A DNA stretch of 63,977 bases, filler included, from Sphacelaria rigidula (Eukaryota): the NCBI GenBank assembly GCA_964200075.2. It is 3 parts of 3 records of this genome, joined end to end, with 100 filler letters (N's around TTAATTAATTAA, not from the genome) between each part and the next. Parts side by side here need not be neighbours in the genome. Positions count along the whole stretch, not along the records: positions 43,770 to 63,977 come from CAXNAA020000557.1; 2 more parts are not named here. One strand, 5' to 3'. The notes beneath the pieces are model-generated. The model was not told the DNA's origin. It searched no databases and saw only the letters and a program-made list of their open reading frames with translations. Positions 61,701-63,977 of the stretch are shown piece after piece. The first letter of the stretch is position 1, and every line of letters begins with the position of its first letter. The translations under genes were made by a program, and so were the position numbers.

Positions 61701-63977
61701 CTTGGAGAATGAATATCGCGGGGGAAAAGGGTTTGGAACATTGTCGTTCCCTTGCGCTCAGGAATTTTCTGCAAAATGACCGGGTAAATTAAGACGTGGC
61801 CCAATCAGTTGCCGTACGGTAGTTAATCAAAAATAGGGTGAAACAGTGGGTTGAACCTGGGTTAGGTATTGCGCTGAAGTAATCACGTCATGACCAGGTC
61901 TTGTTGAATAATCGATATATTTATGGGTGTATTTGTGCTGTCGACCCTGCGTCTTGTTGAGCAAGAGTCAATGCAGCGATTACTTTTGCCAGACTTTTAT
62001 TTTCGAGCGTTTCCCTGCCTGTAGCTCTCGTCTTTTTCCGTGAATGGTTGGACCTGTTGTTCGGTGGGACAAGCAGCATTTGGTTAAAAATGCCTGAGTT
62101 GCTGACGAGGGCCCTTTCATACACACATACATCTGTACCCTTTGAGGTATTCTGTATCCTTTCTCTCCCCTTCAATGTTTTTGTTTGCACACGGCCAACT
62201 ACATGGTTTTTGGATACCCACACAGTGATTGCAAGGATGGTTGGAGGAATAATGATGTGTCACTCTTTCATGTTCCAAAGTACGGGTCTAGAGCAATATT
62301 AGTTGTTCCACATTGATGTCTACATTGAACAGTTTGTGCCCCCCCCTGCCCCTGCCCTCCCCGATTAGCAGGCCAGGGTTCAGTTCGCGAGTAGTGAGGT
62401 GAACCAGGGGTGGACATCATACTTCGGTAGGGTAAGGGAATGTTCCTTTTTCGTCAACCGTCCACTCTATCAGGCGCACTCGACTGACTTGAGGGAAATC
62501 ATGTTGAATTTGCCCTGCACGCAGATACAGAAGTAACATATATATATATATATAACCAAATTATTATTTTCAGAACGTCCGTTGATTGGATGGCACGGTG
62601 TCTTCTGCACACTTGGGCATTCCTTCTTCCTGGTCGGCAATTATTGTGCGATGCGTATGGATATAATATATGCCACCAAGCAAGGTGCTTGCTGCCGTCG
62701 CTTATTCCGTGTTTTTTTTATCTCTCTCCGTTTGTGCAATAATTTTCATATGTAAAATGTGTATGCGTGGGTGTGCCTCTTGAGGTAGTTAATTTCTGCG
62801 GGTTTTCCGTGGTTGGGGCGTTATTTTTCGGCTCGGCGCGTTGTTTTTCCTCTTGTTGCTAATTCGGAAAAATGGAAAGGCATCCTGATGGTGGATATAC
62901 TGTGAATTTAGCTGTAACCGTGGAAAGACTACACGACTAGTGAGATCCATCTCCCGAATGATGACGCATTCTCTCCCACCACAGCTAGCTGCCGCCGGCC
63001 CGAATTTGGTGCCGTGCCAGCAGTCGAAATGAAATGGGTGAAGAATGAGGGTCTTGGGGCCTTCCATGACGTGTCCGGCTAAATGAAGGGAAATGTCGTT
63101 TTCGTAAGACCACGAGCTTGGCCAACTGACAGTGATCTCTCAATGTTTTCGGGCCTGGCTGAGGCAAATTCGAGAAATTGGGCACTGAAATATGGACATA
63201 ACACTTCAATGATCAATATTCACAACCTTCTGGGGAATGCAACGAAAAAATGAAAATCAGGGGTCAATTTATATACGCGACACGTCCACGTATTCTTTCA
63301 ACGTCCACGTTACGTTGCGTATGTCGCGTGAAAATTTTTGAACGTACGTGAACGTTTCATTTGAATTTTAACGTTACGCTCACGTTACGGTCATCACGTC
63401 AAGAAAATCACACCCTGGACAATACAAAGCTGTATTCCAATTTTCAACTTTATTGTTGTCTCAGGACATTAATTTCAGATTCGGCATTAGATTTCTGTTA
63501 CAGAAGACTCTCGTTTTTTTCATAAATGTTCAAAACCAAGCAGACTTTTTAGACATGCGGTGTGTGCGTTTGTGTTGTCTCATCTATTCTGGATGTCGGT
63601 CTACACCAGCATGTGGACGCACCATCTGGAGTCACACATAACAGCGTGTTCGTGAGACTGAAAGTAAAGGATGTGGTTGAGAGTGAAGGGCTGTCGATGA
63701 GTAGATGAATCGTTTCAGCTCCGAGATGCCCCTCCACAAGGCCCACTGTACTTTCTATAGTAGCTTGCCGCTGAGGCCCTTGATATCCCTGGGTAGGATA
63801 TCGACGTGTAGCTGTAAGCATATACTACTAGTGTTGGAGGCAAATAAGAGCACACACGGAATAAAAATTGGCTAAGCTGAAGCAAATGATCAAACTTACT
63901 CTCAAAACAGCCAATCATCTATGTTGAGGATGGTGCTTTTGATTGAGGATGAGAACCCGGAGGATTAAAATCTTCGT

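Overview
Eukaryotic genomic DNA with long introns and dense repeats. Gene content and intron style point to a stramenopile, most likely a brown alga (inference). Four protein-coding genes can be reconstructed with phase-consistent GT-AG junctions. (1) The first two exons of a minus-strand extended-SDR (NAD-dependent epimerase/DFR-like) gene whose remaining exons were not found in the window. (2) A 3-exon, ~1400-aa, mostly low-complexity protein with a stramenopile-type 'RRGKW..E..YA...L...L.C..MR.SKKF' domain. (3) An almost intronless ankyrin-repeat gene with a ~70-bp 28S rRNA fragment just upstream. (4) A complete 5-exon, 444-aa processive GT2 polysaccharide synthase of the hyaluronan-synthase/NodC type (DDD, GDD, QxxRW, WGxR). 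Non-coding structure includes a ~1-kb foldback, a tRNA-derived SINE family (4 copies, two with exact target-site duplications), a 4.7-kb two-level satellite (six ~260-bp constant blocks alternating with variable 61-bp minisatellite arrays), a ~110-bp satellite, duplicated exon-like units with splice sites but no conserved frame, several MITEs and decayed coding relics. Two 100-bp gaps carry an artificial TTAATTAATTAA linker. No CRISPR array and no intact tRNA, rRNA or transposase gene was found. No clearly new multi-gene system could be demonstrated from sequence alone.
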